Shown: positions 20,552 to 33,312, counted from the stretch's first letter. The stretch: DNA of 64,000 bases from Dudresnaya verticillata (GCA_977862235.1 OZ374559.1:1984001-2048000); one strand, 5' to 3'. Notes: generated from the letters alone by a model not told the origin. Translations and numbers: made by a program.

Positions 20552-20952
20552 ATAAGCCCCCTTACGGGGCTGTAGTCTTTCCTATGCATAAAGGTCTCCA
20601 TCTCTTGTCTGTTCGTAAATTTGCGAAACCGACTGCGGCGGTGGTGGGACCTCTCGTCCGCACCACGCGACGCGAGCGCATAGGCGCGTCGTGGCGTCAC
20701 GCTGGCATCAAAGTGTAAGTCACGCATACGGCGCAACAGCAGCTTCGCATGCCTTACCGTTGTTTCTGTGCTGCAACCCACAGCTAGGATTACCCGGGTC
20801 TCATCGCCTCGGTTATGTACTGCATGGGGCTCCCGAGTCGCAACTCTCCTCTGTGTCTCTTCTGAAGTCGAGAGACATTCTAACAGTGCGGTTGATCTGC
20901 CATCTTTTCGAAACGGCCCGCTGCCCTTCCGAGACCCAACTCTCTGCCCAAC

Positions 20953-23117
20953 ATGTCCGAGAACACTACCCCATCGATCGATGATGTCCGCGAGCTCATG
21001 CAGCGCCAACTGCAACTTACCATGGATAACGAGTTAGCGCGCCGACTCATCGCAGACGACGCCCGTAGCGTCACTGACCACCAGGTTGCCCTAAGATTTG
21101 CGGCAGGGCTTTCCTCCCCACACCCACAGTCTGCTGACTCTGCACTCCCTCCCAACACCAACGGAGAGGACATCAGTGCGCCATCTCCAGAGGAAGACTT
21201 TACAAGTATTGAGCGCCAAGTGCAGCTCGCCATGGACAACGAGCTCGCGCGGCAGCTTACTACGGACAGCCAACTAGCATACCGGCTATCTACAGAAGAC
21301 GCCGAAATCGTCGCCGACCATGACTTTGCCCTTCAATGTGCAGCTGGTCTCTTAGACCCACCGGAAAGCCATCCTCCACAAGCTTCCGAACCAACCCCCC
21401 AGCTCGAAGCTGCTACTGAAGAACAAATGACAATTCCGTCTCCAGAAGAGCCTCGCCGGCTTATCCAGCTGCAGTTGCAGCTCGCAAGGGACAACGAGAT
21501 GGCACGCCAGCTAGCGACACGCGACGCGCGTAATGCAGTTGATCATGACCTAGTCCTGAATCTCCTTGCAGGTAAGGTCTTCCCGCCCGAAAGCCCGAAG
21601 CTGCTGCAAGCGCAACCAGCCTTTGCTAGGTTTGCAAGCCCTATTATCGCACCCCAAGAGCACCTTGTCGCTGCTGTGACAAACTGTCAGCCCGTGCGAC
21701 CCTCCGCCTCTCCCTGCCAAACGATGCTAGCACGATCAATTCTGAAGAGCTTGTCACCGATCAGGAACAAGTTTGTGCTAGTGTTTCTGTAGAGACGGAA
21801 TCTCCCAATGGCACGCAGCTCACTGCCACAACATTAGATGAGCAGATTGCGAGCCCACTCCGACCTACCTTTTCCTTCGCATCTTCGGAACCTACTCATC
21901 TCTCCCAGGGCGGTCAGAGTGCGGAACGTCCTTGTCGCAACGAAGAAACCCCCACTGTTCATCAGGAGACCATCTGCTGCCCATCAGACAGCATTATGTG
22001 TCCTAGCAGATTGGACTACGATCTACTACCAGAACTTAGGGCCCATGTAAGATCAGATTGTTGTGAGATGTTAGAGCGTGGGATCTCTGGAGGAGCGCAG
22101 CTGCCAAATATATCGAGAAGTGAGGAGCCGTCACTACATTCCTCATTACCTGAGCCTGCTGGACAGGAATCTTCTTCTATCCAGGAGTCCATCCCGACTC
22201 CCAACGAGAAGGGTGATCTGGAGTTGGCACTCCTCCTTCATGCACAGGAGTTCGAAATACAACATAATATCACTAGCGACCAGGCCTTTATACAACGCTT
22301 GCTCGAAGAAGAAGCTTTGACAGAAGCTACCGAGAGACGAGACTTTGACGAGGCGCGGAAAATCGCCCAGAGCTACCAGATAGAAGCTAGCGATGCATTA
22401 GCGGCTTCAACAATAGCCGCCAGAAATCTTGGACTACAAGATATCGAATCTGTGCCAGAGAAAACACAGGACTGCTTGCTCTGTGCGGAGACTGTTTCAG
22501 GTATGTCGGCATATAAGCCCAAATCATGCGAACATGTCTTCTGCACCATATGCATTCGAACGCACGTGATGACAGCGGTTGAGGAGGGGAAAATTCCAGT
22601 CAAGTGCCCGCACCCGCAGTGCACTTCCGAATATAGCTTGCAGGAGTGTCTCTCTCTCATGGCCGGGACGGGAGACCCGGAGCAAAAGCTGAACAAGATG
22701 GTTTTGGAACGAATGCATCATCAGGAGATTCATTATTGCGCGAACCCCGAGTGTTCTCAACCATTCGACTATGAGGTTGGAGATGGTGAAGAAGCTGGGA
22801 GAGTAAACTGTCCATTGTGTCTTACAGGCACTTGCGTCAAGTGTAAGGTTGAATGGCACGAGGGACGCACTTGCAAACAGTACACCGACAACTTGGAGTT
22901 TGGAGACCTTCGCAAGCTGGCGGAGAAGGAGAAATGGCAAATTTGTCCAGGTTGCGGCGAACTAGTTGATAGACCGCCAGATGGATGCAACTTTGTAAGG
23001 TGCCGTTGCCAGACTGCCTTTTGCTACAAGTGTGGCGTTGGTTACTTGTCGACGCACCCTACAGCGGAAAATTCACATGGTCAGGCCGGTTGCAGCTGCG
23101 GACTGTTCTCATACTGA
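20953..23117 (+). pseudogene. RBR E3 ligase (RBR-4) with a triplicated N-terminal MIU module; one frameshift
   Basis: One frame (20953-21792) has three QLQL..DNELAR.L modules homologous to the RBR-3 N-terminus. A second frame, open 21630-23117, carries an intact RBR. One frameshift at about 21720 joins them; it could be a real mutation, a sequencing error or a small intron. Confidence 0.8.
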
Positions 23118-23440
23118 GAACAAGATCCATATAGAAGGTCCGCCCCGGGGAAGAGTGGAATAGATCTTCGCGATAGATTAATTGAAACCCTTTGACACGC
23201 CTCACATGCAAATTAAATAGGACAGAGCGTCTTCTCTTCTTACCTAACAACTTAGGAATAATGGGATTCTGGCTTATCCAGAGATCGAGGCACCAGCGAG
23301 TAGAAACAACCCGTAGAGATTTTTTCATGCGGACCTTTATGTAATTGCAGACTGGACTCCCACAACTAGTGTCACAACTGGGCTTTGGGTTGAAGCTTTG
23401 ATGCGTTAAGTTGAGGACCGATAGATAGAGCCAGGTAGTG

Positions 23441-26400
23441 TTGTTGTATTTTATTTGTTGTTTAGCGTGGTCCTGCGTGGGCGACTTTGGCCCATTTGCT
23501 GGCACACGTGCTCTTGGAGAGCAGGAAGTGGTACACTACTGGATGGGGTGGCTGTGGTCGGTGGGCAGGTCTACTGGGAGGCAGGCGGTGAGGGGTAGTC
23601 TTCGGAGCATATACTACGGATGGCCCGCAGGGCGTCACAGACGCGGTGGGCGGCAGATGGATCGGGGTCTTGAAGTGACAGGAGTGACAGGGTCTTCGTG
23701 TGCGGTCGCATCGCGAGGCGGGCAGCTTGGCAGCTGGGTGGGATCGGGAAAGTCCCTAGATGCCAGCGCGTGGCTAGCTTCCTGTCTTGGTGGTCCGGGA
23801 GTTCCAGGGCTAGAGGTAACCGGTGGTGGCTGTAAACTGGCGCCGTTCTTCTTCCTGATAGTGCCATCGTCCATTCCCTTATTGCGAGTGTTTTAGGTGA
23901 CGTACCTTGGTAGGGACTCTGTTGGATGCCTGGGCATCGAAGGATCGATAGCGCCGTAAGTGTCCTACGTGCCTGCCATGAGGCTGGGGTGTTCTGCCGC
24001 ATGGTCAAGCGGCGCAGGCTGTGAATGAGTTTGTGTTGTAGGGATCTTTGTCGCAGTGTTGGGGGCTCCAGCCTGTACAGGGCTCGGAGTTTGCGTAAGC
24101 GAGGTGCGGTAACGACTGGTGATGCTTGGGAGATACATAGGCGGAGGAACTGTGCGTCGAGCTTGTCGAGAGCTTGGGTTAGGTCTTGTGTGCACGGGAC
24201 GAGTGCTAGGCCGTGTTCAATTATTGGACGTATGAAGGCCGAATAGACATATCGGGCGGCGGGGGCAGGCATTGTTGAGCTTAAGTGACCCATTCTCACT
24301 AGCTCGCCTACAGCACGTTGGGCTTTTCTTACGCGCTGTATAGTTGTGGCTGTCCCGATTCCAGACGTTGTGATGTCGACTCCCAGGTAGCGGGCACTTT
24401 GTTGATGCACTATTCTCTCATTGTTTAGGGTGAATGTGCAGTTGTTAGGGCGTGTGCGGTGCCGGGCCGGCATGAGGATGGCACATTTCTTGACAGACCA
24501 ACACATGCCTGTGTCTCGGGCCCACTCTTCGCCGACCTGGAGTGCTGTATGAATAAATGCAGGTGATGGTCCATGAAGGAGGCAATCATCTGCAAACAGG
24601 CGGCCCGGCGGGTTTGACGCAGGTCGGTTCAGTCGCTCACATAATGCGTACGCTAGTGTTTCAATGAACAAATTGAATAAAACTGGGCTTAGCGGAGATC
24701 CCTGCACGACCCCCCTTCTGACTTCTGCGCTGCAAGGCGTCGCGTCGCCCACGGTCCTTACATAAAGGGAACCCAGGGTGGAGGTTATTATCGCTGTGAG
24801 GTGCGGCGGGAGTCGCTCTTCGCACAGGGACAGTAGTTTGGGGCGGTCGACTCGATCATACGCGCTTTTGAGATCAAGAACGGCGAGGTAATCCTCTCCA
24901 GCTGTTACGGACTCCATGGTCATGGCAATTTCCATCTCTGTGCGCAAATGTTTCTGGAACCCCAGCTGCATACGGTGCGGCTTAAATACGCGTTCAACAT
25001 CATAGGCAATCGCCTTTTCCACTGCTTTGCGAAGGTGGGATAGCAGGCAGAGAGGGCGGTAGCTGTCCGGTATGTCCCGGGCCCCGGTCTTGTGTATCGG
25101 AACGAGTATTCCCTGACGCCAGCTGTCTGGGTATATTTCATGGTCACCGCAGCATTTCCAGGTCGCGAAGAGTAGGTCGGCAGCCAGGTCGGGGCACACC
25201 TGTAGCATCTCTATATGTACCTGATCAGGCCCGGCCGCTTTTCCTTTAGACAGGGAGCGAATGGCTCGTTTGAGGGACTTCTTGAAGGATGTTGGGGCGT
25301 AGAATATTCGAGGGGAGGGAGCCGGTGGGGTTTCGGGCGGTGAGCGCATGTGGCGGGTAAAGCTGGCTGGTTGCAGCTTCGGGCCAGGCGCGGCGAGAAG
25401 ATCTGATCGACGTTTACTTTTGCGTTGCTGCGCTCGAATCGTTCTTGACAGGTCCGATTGTGGCCGGAGCTCCAGCTCTTGTCGGGTTGCATCTTCCTGC
25501 CTTCGCTTGATTGCTCGCACGCGAGAGCGGACTATGCGCTGTAGTCTTTTGAATTCTTGTTCTAGTCCCTCCCTCTCGCGTGCATCGCCTGAGTTGATGA
25601 GTTTTCTGTGGGCTCTTTGGCGCTGCGTTCTGAGAATGTCCAGGGCCGGTGGCCAATATGTCTTCGAATGACGATTAAGTCTGGTGCTAGTAGATCGGTT
25701 CTGTATCCAAGGACGCAGAAGAACCTCCGGTAGGGTTGCAATGACTCGCTGGGCTTCCTCTGGGGTACTTACGTTGGCGAGGCTTTGGATAAAGTTGGGG
25801 AAGCTTTCCTTGTACTGGCGGAGAGCTTGGGCGCGGCGGTGTGGGTTGGCGAGAGTTGGCTTGCTAACGCATGGATGATTTGCGTGTTGGGGGGTGTCTT
25901 CCGGTGCTTCTATTCTTCGTTTCGGCTTTTCGTGTCCACTGAGCGTGGGTAATCGCACAAGCACAGGCGAGTGGTCGCTGGAACCGTCCCAGGGGCCTTC
26001 AGCAATGTACGGCAGTAGAATGGCACCGTGGTTGGCGACTACGAGGTCGATGGTACTTGAGCCACCGCTGCCATTTCTGCATCGGAAAGTAGGTGAGGCC
26101 GGCGCAAATACGTCAAAGGGGCTGTTAGCGCACCAAGTGACCACGGCGTTGCCTCTTTGATTGCTTGAGGCGCACCATCGCGTGCTTCTAGCGTTGAAGT
26201 CTCCGAGCACAACCGTGGGACCGTTCATCCGATGCTTGACTGTGTTGAGGACGAGCGCGACGTGGTCGCTGGTGGCACGTGGGCTGATATATATTCCCAC
26301 GATGTCTCCTACACTCTCAATGTGGATGCACAGTGCCTGGTAGAGGGATGGGTGGCTCGGTGGCTCCGGTTGAAGCGAGTATCTCTTCCATGCTCGGCGA

Positions 26401-28395
26401 GAGGGGTTGACGTAGATTGTGACGCCCCCGAGCCATGGGCCGGCCGCTCTGGCGCGCGTCGCGGGGAGCGTAAAGGAAGTGTGTGGGAGTGGGTTTTGTG
26501 CGCGGGGGGGAGGTGAGTTTCCGTGAGGGCGAGGGCTGTTGGGTCGGTTGTCGAGATGAGATCCATAACATCTGGTACGGTGTTTCGTAGGCCTGCGACG
26601 TTCCATGTGCCGATCAACATTATTCTTGCATGCCATTTGGTCCCGGTCGTGCGGGGGGGTAGGTGGGGGCGGCATGTTCAGGTACCGGCGGTTTCGGGGC
26701 ACTGGGTTGGTTTGCTGGGAAAGCGGCGGCGCAGTATTCCGCTCGGCAGGCGACCTTTCTGCGCTTCCGGGAGAGTGTACCGTCTGTGCGTCGTGTCCGT
26801 GTTCCGTGGCAGCCTCCCAGTGGAACTCGTGGATGGTTGTGGGGGTTCGGGCGCGGCTGTGGATCCTTAATGCCCGCGGTAATCCGTCGTGGTGCACGCG
26901 ACGTTGAATGAGTGCACGGATCTCCGAATGGACCGCTGCGAGCGTGCGAAGCCGATGCTGGTACCACTGCGCTGTCGAGCGGTGCGGCGTAAGTTTTCCA
27001 TTGCGCCACCATCGCGTGCCGACGGCTAGCAGGTGTTCCTGTTGTGGGATGTCAGCGGGAGGGCGCAAGGGATCAAAGTCTGCGGGTGCTGGGGTCATGA
27101 AGCGTTCCAGTCTGGAGGTAACCATGTTGCGCATGTCCTCCTCGAAGACTACTTCCACGATGTAGGGGGAGCATGATGTGTGGTAGTAGATTCCTCTTAT
27201 CGCTCGGCGGTTCGCGTTCATGACGTCTTGCAGGATGCACCGGTGAAGCTCTCCGACCGGGACCCATTTAGAGTACGAGAAGTAAGCGACGGTTAATGCG
27301 CTCGTCGTTTTGTACTGCGAGAGAGCTGGGCGGCGGTCATCTGCGTATCGTTTGTGCAGGTCCTCCATCGTGCATGGCCTGGGGTTTTCGCGGCTCACCG
27401 TTATCGGTGGTTTGGCGGCGGCATCTAGGAAGGGAGTACGTGAATTCATGATGGGTTCGGGGCCAGGTGAGGAAGCTATCCCTTCGTTCCTTGGGGGTGT
27501 AGCTTCTGCGGGGGCGCTTGCGCGCACTTCGCTTGTGCTTGCACGTTGGTGGAGCAAATCGGCGAGTCTTTTGGTTTGTTCTTCCGCTAGTTCCCGTGCT
27601 AGGCGTTGAATCTCTTCGGCGCGGACATCAATGTGTGATGTTAACTTTGAGCGCGTGTCCGCCATGTTGCGCTCAATCTCGGCCATCCGAGCGCTGTGGG
27701 TCGCGCTGATCTCTTCCACGCGGAGTTGCGTCTGCTTGAGTCCATTTCCCTGCTCCCGTAATGTGTCGTCGATGCGTTGTAGGAGTCCTTCTGCCAGTAG
27801 TGAGGAGGGCCGGGCTGGACCACGGTTCGGTTTGGTGAGCGTCTGTGGCTTGGCCATGGTGAGAGCAGTTTCACGGAGGGCGTTCGCGATGTGAAGTATG
27901 CGTAGTGAGATCGCACCACCGATTGTGGAGAGGCAGGCAGAGCGGGAGAGGCTTCGGATTCTGGGGCTTGGGGCGGATCGGGTGGCAGGCCTTGGGGAAG
28001 GACAGTACGGGCACAGTGCGTAGTGAAGAGTCGCGGGTGAGAACAAGGAGGGTACGCGGGTGGTTGCAATGTCGTGCAGGGAGGCAGGGGCAGATAGCTC
28101 GGCTCGGGGGTGTTTGGTGTTACCAGAGGTTGGGTGGTGGGGCAGGGAGTCTGGGTCGTTGGCGCCGTCGGCGGCGTGGGTGGCTTCGTAAGCTGGGCAC
28201 TTCCTGGGACGGTTTCTGACGATCAATGGCGTCCTTACTTTGTCAGTGTGGGTGCGCGTGGCGGGATTTGGTTGGCTGGTCCGGAGATGTGCAGTGGCGT
28301 CATCTCGGGGTTTGCTTTGGCCCAGCGAGCCGGGCGAAGCGGAGCACATTTACACCGATGGCTTGTCCGTTGGGAAGATTGATGTGGCCGTTCCG
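23441..28395 (-). mobile_element. Full-length APE-RT LINE (ORF1 about 27857-26620, ORF2 26620-23571)
   Basis: 9-bp TSD caggtagtg at 23432-23440 and 28396-28404. APE motifs TWNV.GL, LTET, GDFNA, IDL and SDH. RT motifs AGPD, YRPLCL, LDLKSAYD, QGSPLSP and FADD. A/C-rich 3' tail. Confidence 0.93.
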
Positions 28396-29369
28396 CAGGT
28401 AGTGGTCCAATGGACTCGCAGCGTGGCGTCGGGCGTGGATATGTAGCAAAGAAGTAGAAGGGCTATTCATATGAGCTCGATGCAGTCGGTATACCGACTC
28501 TATATACTGTACTTTGTGTCTGGGGACACTTTGCTGAAGTGACAGTAAGCTTTTTCGAAGGTGTTTTAAGGCACTTCGCTGAAGTGCATTTTGGAGACAA
28601 AAAGAATAGGCATTTAACGTGTTCTTGAAATTACGATAGGGATGACTGCTTTAGAATATTCGTAGAATATTCGTAGAAGTCACACCCTTACCTGAGTATA
28701 CAACTATTCTATCCTTTACTTCGAAATACGTACTGGTCCTTGTTTCTGACCATGCCTTCTGGTGGACACGAAATGACATTCAAGCTACGCTGCTTGTCAA
28801 CCTGATCCTTCCAGTCAAGGGAAGAGTGTACACTGCAAAAGTGCAGTACAGTAGTATTGTACGTTGCAGTGTACGTGGACTCTGATTGTCCCCGTCATAC
28901 GAAAGGTCGCGCGTTTACCGTTGACTTGCTAAGCGCCCGTTCGTCCTGCGCGGGATTCTGTCTAGCTTGTTGTCTTTACATAAGTAGTCTAGCATGTAGC
29001 ATCTACTTGGTAAAGCAGGTACGAGTTTATGGGTTTTATCACTATAGGCGTGATGGAGTGCTACTGCTAGGGACTGACTAGCTTGGGCTAGTCTATTCCC
29101 CGCTTTGGCACTATTCACACCCGGCATTCAAGCTTAGACTTGAACTCCCGGTACACTACAGCGAGAATCCTTTCTCGCTAGCGAATTGGTCCTTCCGGAC
29201 CACAGTCTCATCTTTGAGTGACACTGCTCGCTGGAAGTGCTGGTTGCACTCGTACGGGTATTGCAGACGTTTGACAGCTTTTATCATCAAGAATTGAACA
29301 TTGTTCCGCAGAAAGTTCTGCACGGCACTTTAACTCCAGCCGTGAAGCTGGAAAACAGTGACGTTGTTC

Positions 29370-30100
29370 TTTAGTATTTTTTATAGTGGTCCTACGTGGG
29401 CAGCAAGGGCCCATGTGCAAGTACAAGCGAGCTTTGGCGTCAGCAAGGGATTCAGGTGCCCTAGGGTACACGTCCTAAACCTCAGTGCCTAGTGGTGTGT
29501 GTGTGGAGGGGTCTAGGACTGGGGCGTGACGTCGGTGGGGCCAGTAGAGAGATGCGTGTTCAGCAGCACGGAGCTGACGGATTTTTTCGAGGTCAGCAGT
29601 GGAAACTGCAGCAAGGCCGTCTAAAGACAGGGCCGGTCGAGATAGGAGTTGTAGGCAATTGTCAAGTTCACGCAGCACAGCACGCTTCGACGGGAAGGAT
29701 TGGGGATTGGGAACGTGACGAAATGCCACCGCACTGAAAGCTTGCGGTCGCGTTGGTAGCGGTGGTCGCGGTGGTCGCGGTGGTCGCGGTGGTCGCGGTG
29801 GTCGCGGTGGTCGCGGTGGTCGCGGTGGTCGCGGTGGTCGCGGTGGTCGCGGTGGTCGCGGTGGTCGCGGTGGTCGCGGTGGTCGCGGTGGTCGCGGTGG
29901 TCGCGGTGGTCGCGGTGGTCGCGGTGGTCGCGGTGGTCGCGGTGGTCACGGAGTTGGAGGGCAGGAGGCAGGCGTTCTTCGGGATACACTGGGGAACTTC
30001 GACGACAAGCGACGGCCATTTGCCACTTTTCAGCCGATATGTTTCAAGAGGTCGGCAACTTACTCCAATCTGTCGCATTATCGGCGTGTGAGTGGAACCC
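29370..30100 (-). mobile_element. Degenerate 3' fragment of a related APE-RT LINE
   Basis: LPPALQL..RDRKLSVRWHFVTFP matches LPLALEL..QDRKLATRWHLGTFP. A 3' end of the gcccacgtaggaccactataaaa type is at about 29380-29420. Confidence 0.75.
29760..29948. repeat. 9-bp minisatellite (ggtggtcgc) x about 21
   Basis: Perfect tandem array, read directly from the sequence. Confidence 0.97.
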
Positions 30101-30124
30101 TCGGCATGGATTTGCATGCTATAG

Positions 30125-31045
30125 CAGAACAAGCTTACAACTCGCCTAGTTTCCCTGTTCCTTCAATATGCCGTGGTTAGCATTAATCGTCGCAAGCTAT
30201 CTCCTCCACCAATTTGCATTAGTTCTGCTTCCTAAGCGCCTTAAGGGACTTCTCTCTATTTTCAGTGTGTTGATATTGGCGTGAATCGCCGCAACCTATC
30301 CCGTCCTCCTGCTATGTGTCCTGGTATTTAGACCCTTTCCCAGGGGTGCTCCTTAGATTATAGTAAAGATGTGTGTGTGTTTGTGTGTGATGGTAAACAT
30401 TTACTAAATGTTTAGGGTGATCCAGCACAGGAAACTAAAGGCCCATTAGCAGGCGCACCTGCATAAAGTGCCATGAACAGAAGGGGCTACTTGTGGAGTA
30501 GCTAATCCGCGAGTATGAGGCGAGAGGGGTGGTCACAGTGGATGACATAGAGAGAGATATTAACTTTATTCAGAGAGGAGCTGCAGTGCTGTTCTACTCT
30601 TCAAGTTAAGATATGAATGTGTCGTTACTGGATTCGGGCATGGAATCCTACACATTTCCCACTTTCTCTCTCCGCAAATCGACCTCTCCACTTGCTTGAT
30701 TTCCTTGGTTCTTCAATACGTCGCCGTCAGCGTTACTTTGTTGATCGAACCAGATGCCCTCCCCCTCATTTCTTAGTTCTATTGCCTAATCCCCTTACAG
30801 GGCTTCCCTTTTTCTCTCAATAAAGGTTCCCCAAGTTAAGATCAGCAAGTAAGCAAGCATCCCTTTAATCGCAAGATTCAGAGTAAGTCCCAAGGGGACT
30901 TAATACGCACTGTTGCTAAAGCGGCGATTACAAAAAGCCTGCGACTGTTAACAGAAACTGCGACACACTGCAATACTAAATGGGTAAGGCGTGTGAGAAC
31001 GGAGGCCTTCTCGCTAGATGGGGACGTAATATCAGTACAGAAAAG
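30125..31045. mobile_element. Pile-up of several very short RLE-element 3' ends on both strands
   Basis: LTTRLVSLFLQYAVVSINRRKL on + at about 30135; another VNRR fragment at about 30270; hairpin plus taaaggttcc at about 30790-30832; EKASVLTRLTHLVLQCVAVSVNSRR on - at about 30935-31015. Confidence 0.7.
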
Positions 31046-31833
31046 CCCTCGTTTCACCCAAAATGCAAGCCAGTGCCTTCCGTTTCATATACAATACCTT
31101 CGTGTACTCAACCTACGAGCTTGACTGCACACTGGTCAGATATAAAGCTACAACGCAAGCCGCAATGGACAGCCTGGATGCTGCATTCTTCCGTCTAGAG
31201 CTGTCGCAGCCGTCGAAACGCATGCCCCGTCTCCGGCTACAGAAGCTCCATGCGATCTTCCAGATTGAACCGCCTCTCCTGCGACGTGCCCTACAGCATA
31301 AGTTAATCGCCTCCCTCCAACGGCATGCTCGACACCAACCGCGCCTATCGAGCCCCTTCTGGCAGGCCCGAGACACGTTACGTGCCCTCCGCCATGTACG
31401 GAATGAGACATTAAAAGAGGCGCTACAAAACCCGCTCACCCCTCGCGTCCTTGCCCAGCAATGGTATTCCGCCTGGAATGAAGCCCTAAAAACAGGGCGC
31501 CGCGTCGCCCCTCTCCCATCGTCTTCGTGTCCCGCCCCGGCCCTCCGACTCGCCGACTACCGCGACAGACTGTTGGCCATCCGCTGGCATTTGGGCACCT
31601 TCCCCATCCTCCCTTCCTGCCCTACCAAACGTGCAACCCTTCGAACCCACACTCAAGCCCTCCATCTGCTCTCCAAACCAGACGCCACCCCCGATGGTCT
31701 ACAGACCAATCCAGTACGATCGCAGCCATCCGCACCCTGTGCTCTGCAGAGTTTCCCTCTCTGAACACGCCGTCATCCTCCCAATCATAGACACACCACC
31801 GCTGTCCTTTTCCCCTTCCCCGGGTACACTACA

Positions 31834-33312
31834 TCATCATCACAACTTTATTGAAGCAAGACGGACAGCGGAAACCCTAATGACTTAGCCGCTGATGACT
31901 ACTGGACGGCCTGGACTAACGGGACGTCGACGATTCACGGCGAGAGCGGTGAGCTGGAGAATGCGGGAAACCAGTGGTGAAACTAACGAATGGTATTCAG
32001 TAGTAGGATTTGTTCCCCGGCGCGTGGCCAGGAAAGAAGCGAGCTTTTGAAGTGCGCTACGGCATTCGGGGCCAATGCCTCCGTGAATGTCGAATCCCAG
32101 CGGCTGAAACGTAATACAATGTGCTGCACAAGCAGTGCGATACTTGCGATGCTTGTCCCGTTCAGCGACTTGGGCGGCCCCTGCAGGAATTTCAGATGCC
32201 TTGGATACAGCGCGAGCAGTAGAGGGAGTCACAATAGTAAGGTCATAACCAATGCATGAATCAGAAAAGGCGGGATCATCCAACACCAAGTCCAATCGTC
32301 GAAGATCGTCCTGTAGATGAAAGGACTGCTCTCTCGTGACAGAAAGCCCGATAGACGGGTGACGGAGACGAGAAAAAAGGAGATCCCTAATAGAATTGTG
32401 ACGACGAGTGGACCCATGGGCACAGGGACATGTCGAAGCATGATACCCCAAACGGTCAAGGGAAACCACGCGACCAGAAACGGATAGACACGCAGAACAA
32501 GGGAGATCTGGCGCAAATACAGGTGCGCCCAAACGCAAGTCGATCATGGTAGCCCATATAGCAGGTGACACAGAGGTGCCTCGGCGTGGATCGGGGAATG
32601 CGGTAAAGGCCATTCGAGATTCCAAACTACCACAGGAGAGAAGTCGGGCCCTTTTCACACGATCTTCTCTCTGAGTCGAACGGATGGAGGGCCAGTAATT
32701 ATCCACCAAACGAGCGTGAACCTTCGCGGAGAGTTCTTCTTGCAAGTGGGGGATGTAACCTCGCTTTTGGGTGCGAGAGAGGAGAGTTGAAAAGTGATAA
32801 TCGCTAGATAATCCGAACCGAGTACACAGGGCATTACAGGTTCGAGCCAAACTCCGCGGCCGTGAGTCGGTGCGAGAGAACATGGAAAGGGCAGGCGAGA
32901 TCAAAGTAGTGAACAAATCCCAAACCCCCATTACAGAACTGATATAGGAAAGTTCGACAAGCGTGGTAGTAGAGGTGAGGCCAAGCCCGCCATATTCAAG
33001 CGGGAGTGTCGCACAAGTCCAGGAATCGTCAGGAAGCGAGTGATGAATACGTTCGAATGCCCTTCGCTGCCCTTGGTCGAATAGATCGGCCTCAGGAAAT
33101 GTTAGATGCGGCGGGGCAGTTCGTAGGGTATAGATCAGCTTGCAAGCACCGGAGCAATAGCGCAAGAGATGATAGGCCATTTGTGGGTCATTTAGAGTTG
33201 GAAGCGCTTCCAATAGACGTGTTTCCCTGACCCGTCGGGAATGAAACTGGGCTTGGCAACCAGCAGAGTGTCCGATAGGAGAGCCGAGCACAGTTAGAGC
33301 ATCATCGTGAGA
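31834..33312 (-). mobile_element. 5'-truncated RLE retrotransposon of a second family, with a (GAT)n tail
   Basis: 10-bp TSD gtacactaca at 31824-31833 and 33313-33322. Motifs CSAC..HASTC, RRHNSIRD, LDLV..YDLTIV..DKHRKY and VNRRR. Confidence 0.9.

Larger units (their letters stand above)
16288..20602 (+). mobile_element. Near full-length, defective two-ORF RLE-type (CRE-like) non-LTR retrotransposon
   Basis: Candidate 9-bp TSD tcttgtctg at 16279-16287 and 20603-20611. RT motifs SPGPDG, LRPIAIG, QFAVG, KLDATNAFN and YADD; CCHC knuckle and D..FDVSV..K RLE region. 3' hairpin followed by taaaggtctccatc. Confidence 0.88.

Noticed and set aside
23571..28349. A novel 1592-aa ORF1-ORF2 fusion protein
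   Set aside because: The APE N-terminal motifs lie in another frame, and two homopolymer indels explain the apparent fusion.
29621..30132. Poly-DHR, poly-TAT or poly-VVA repeat proteins
   Set aside because: These are stop-free translations of a 9-bp minisatellite inside a LINE relic.
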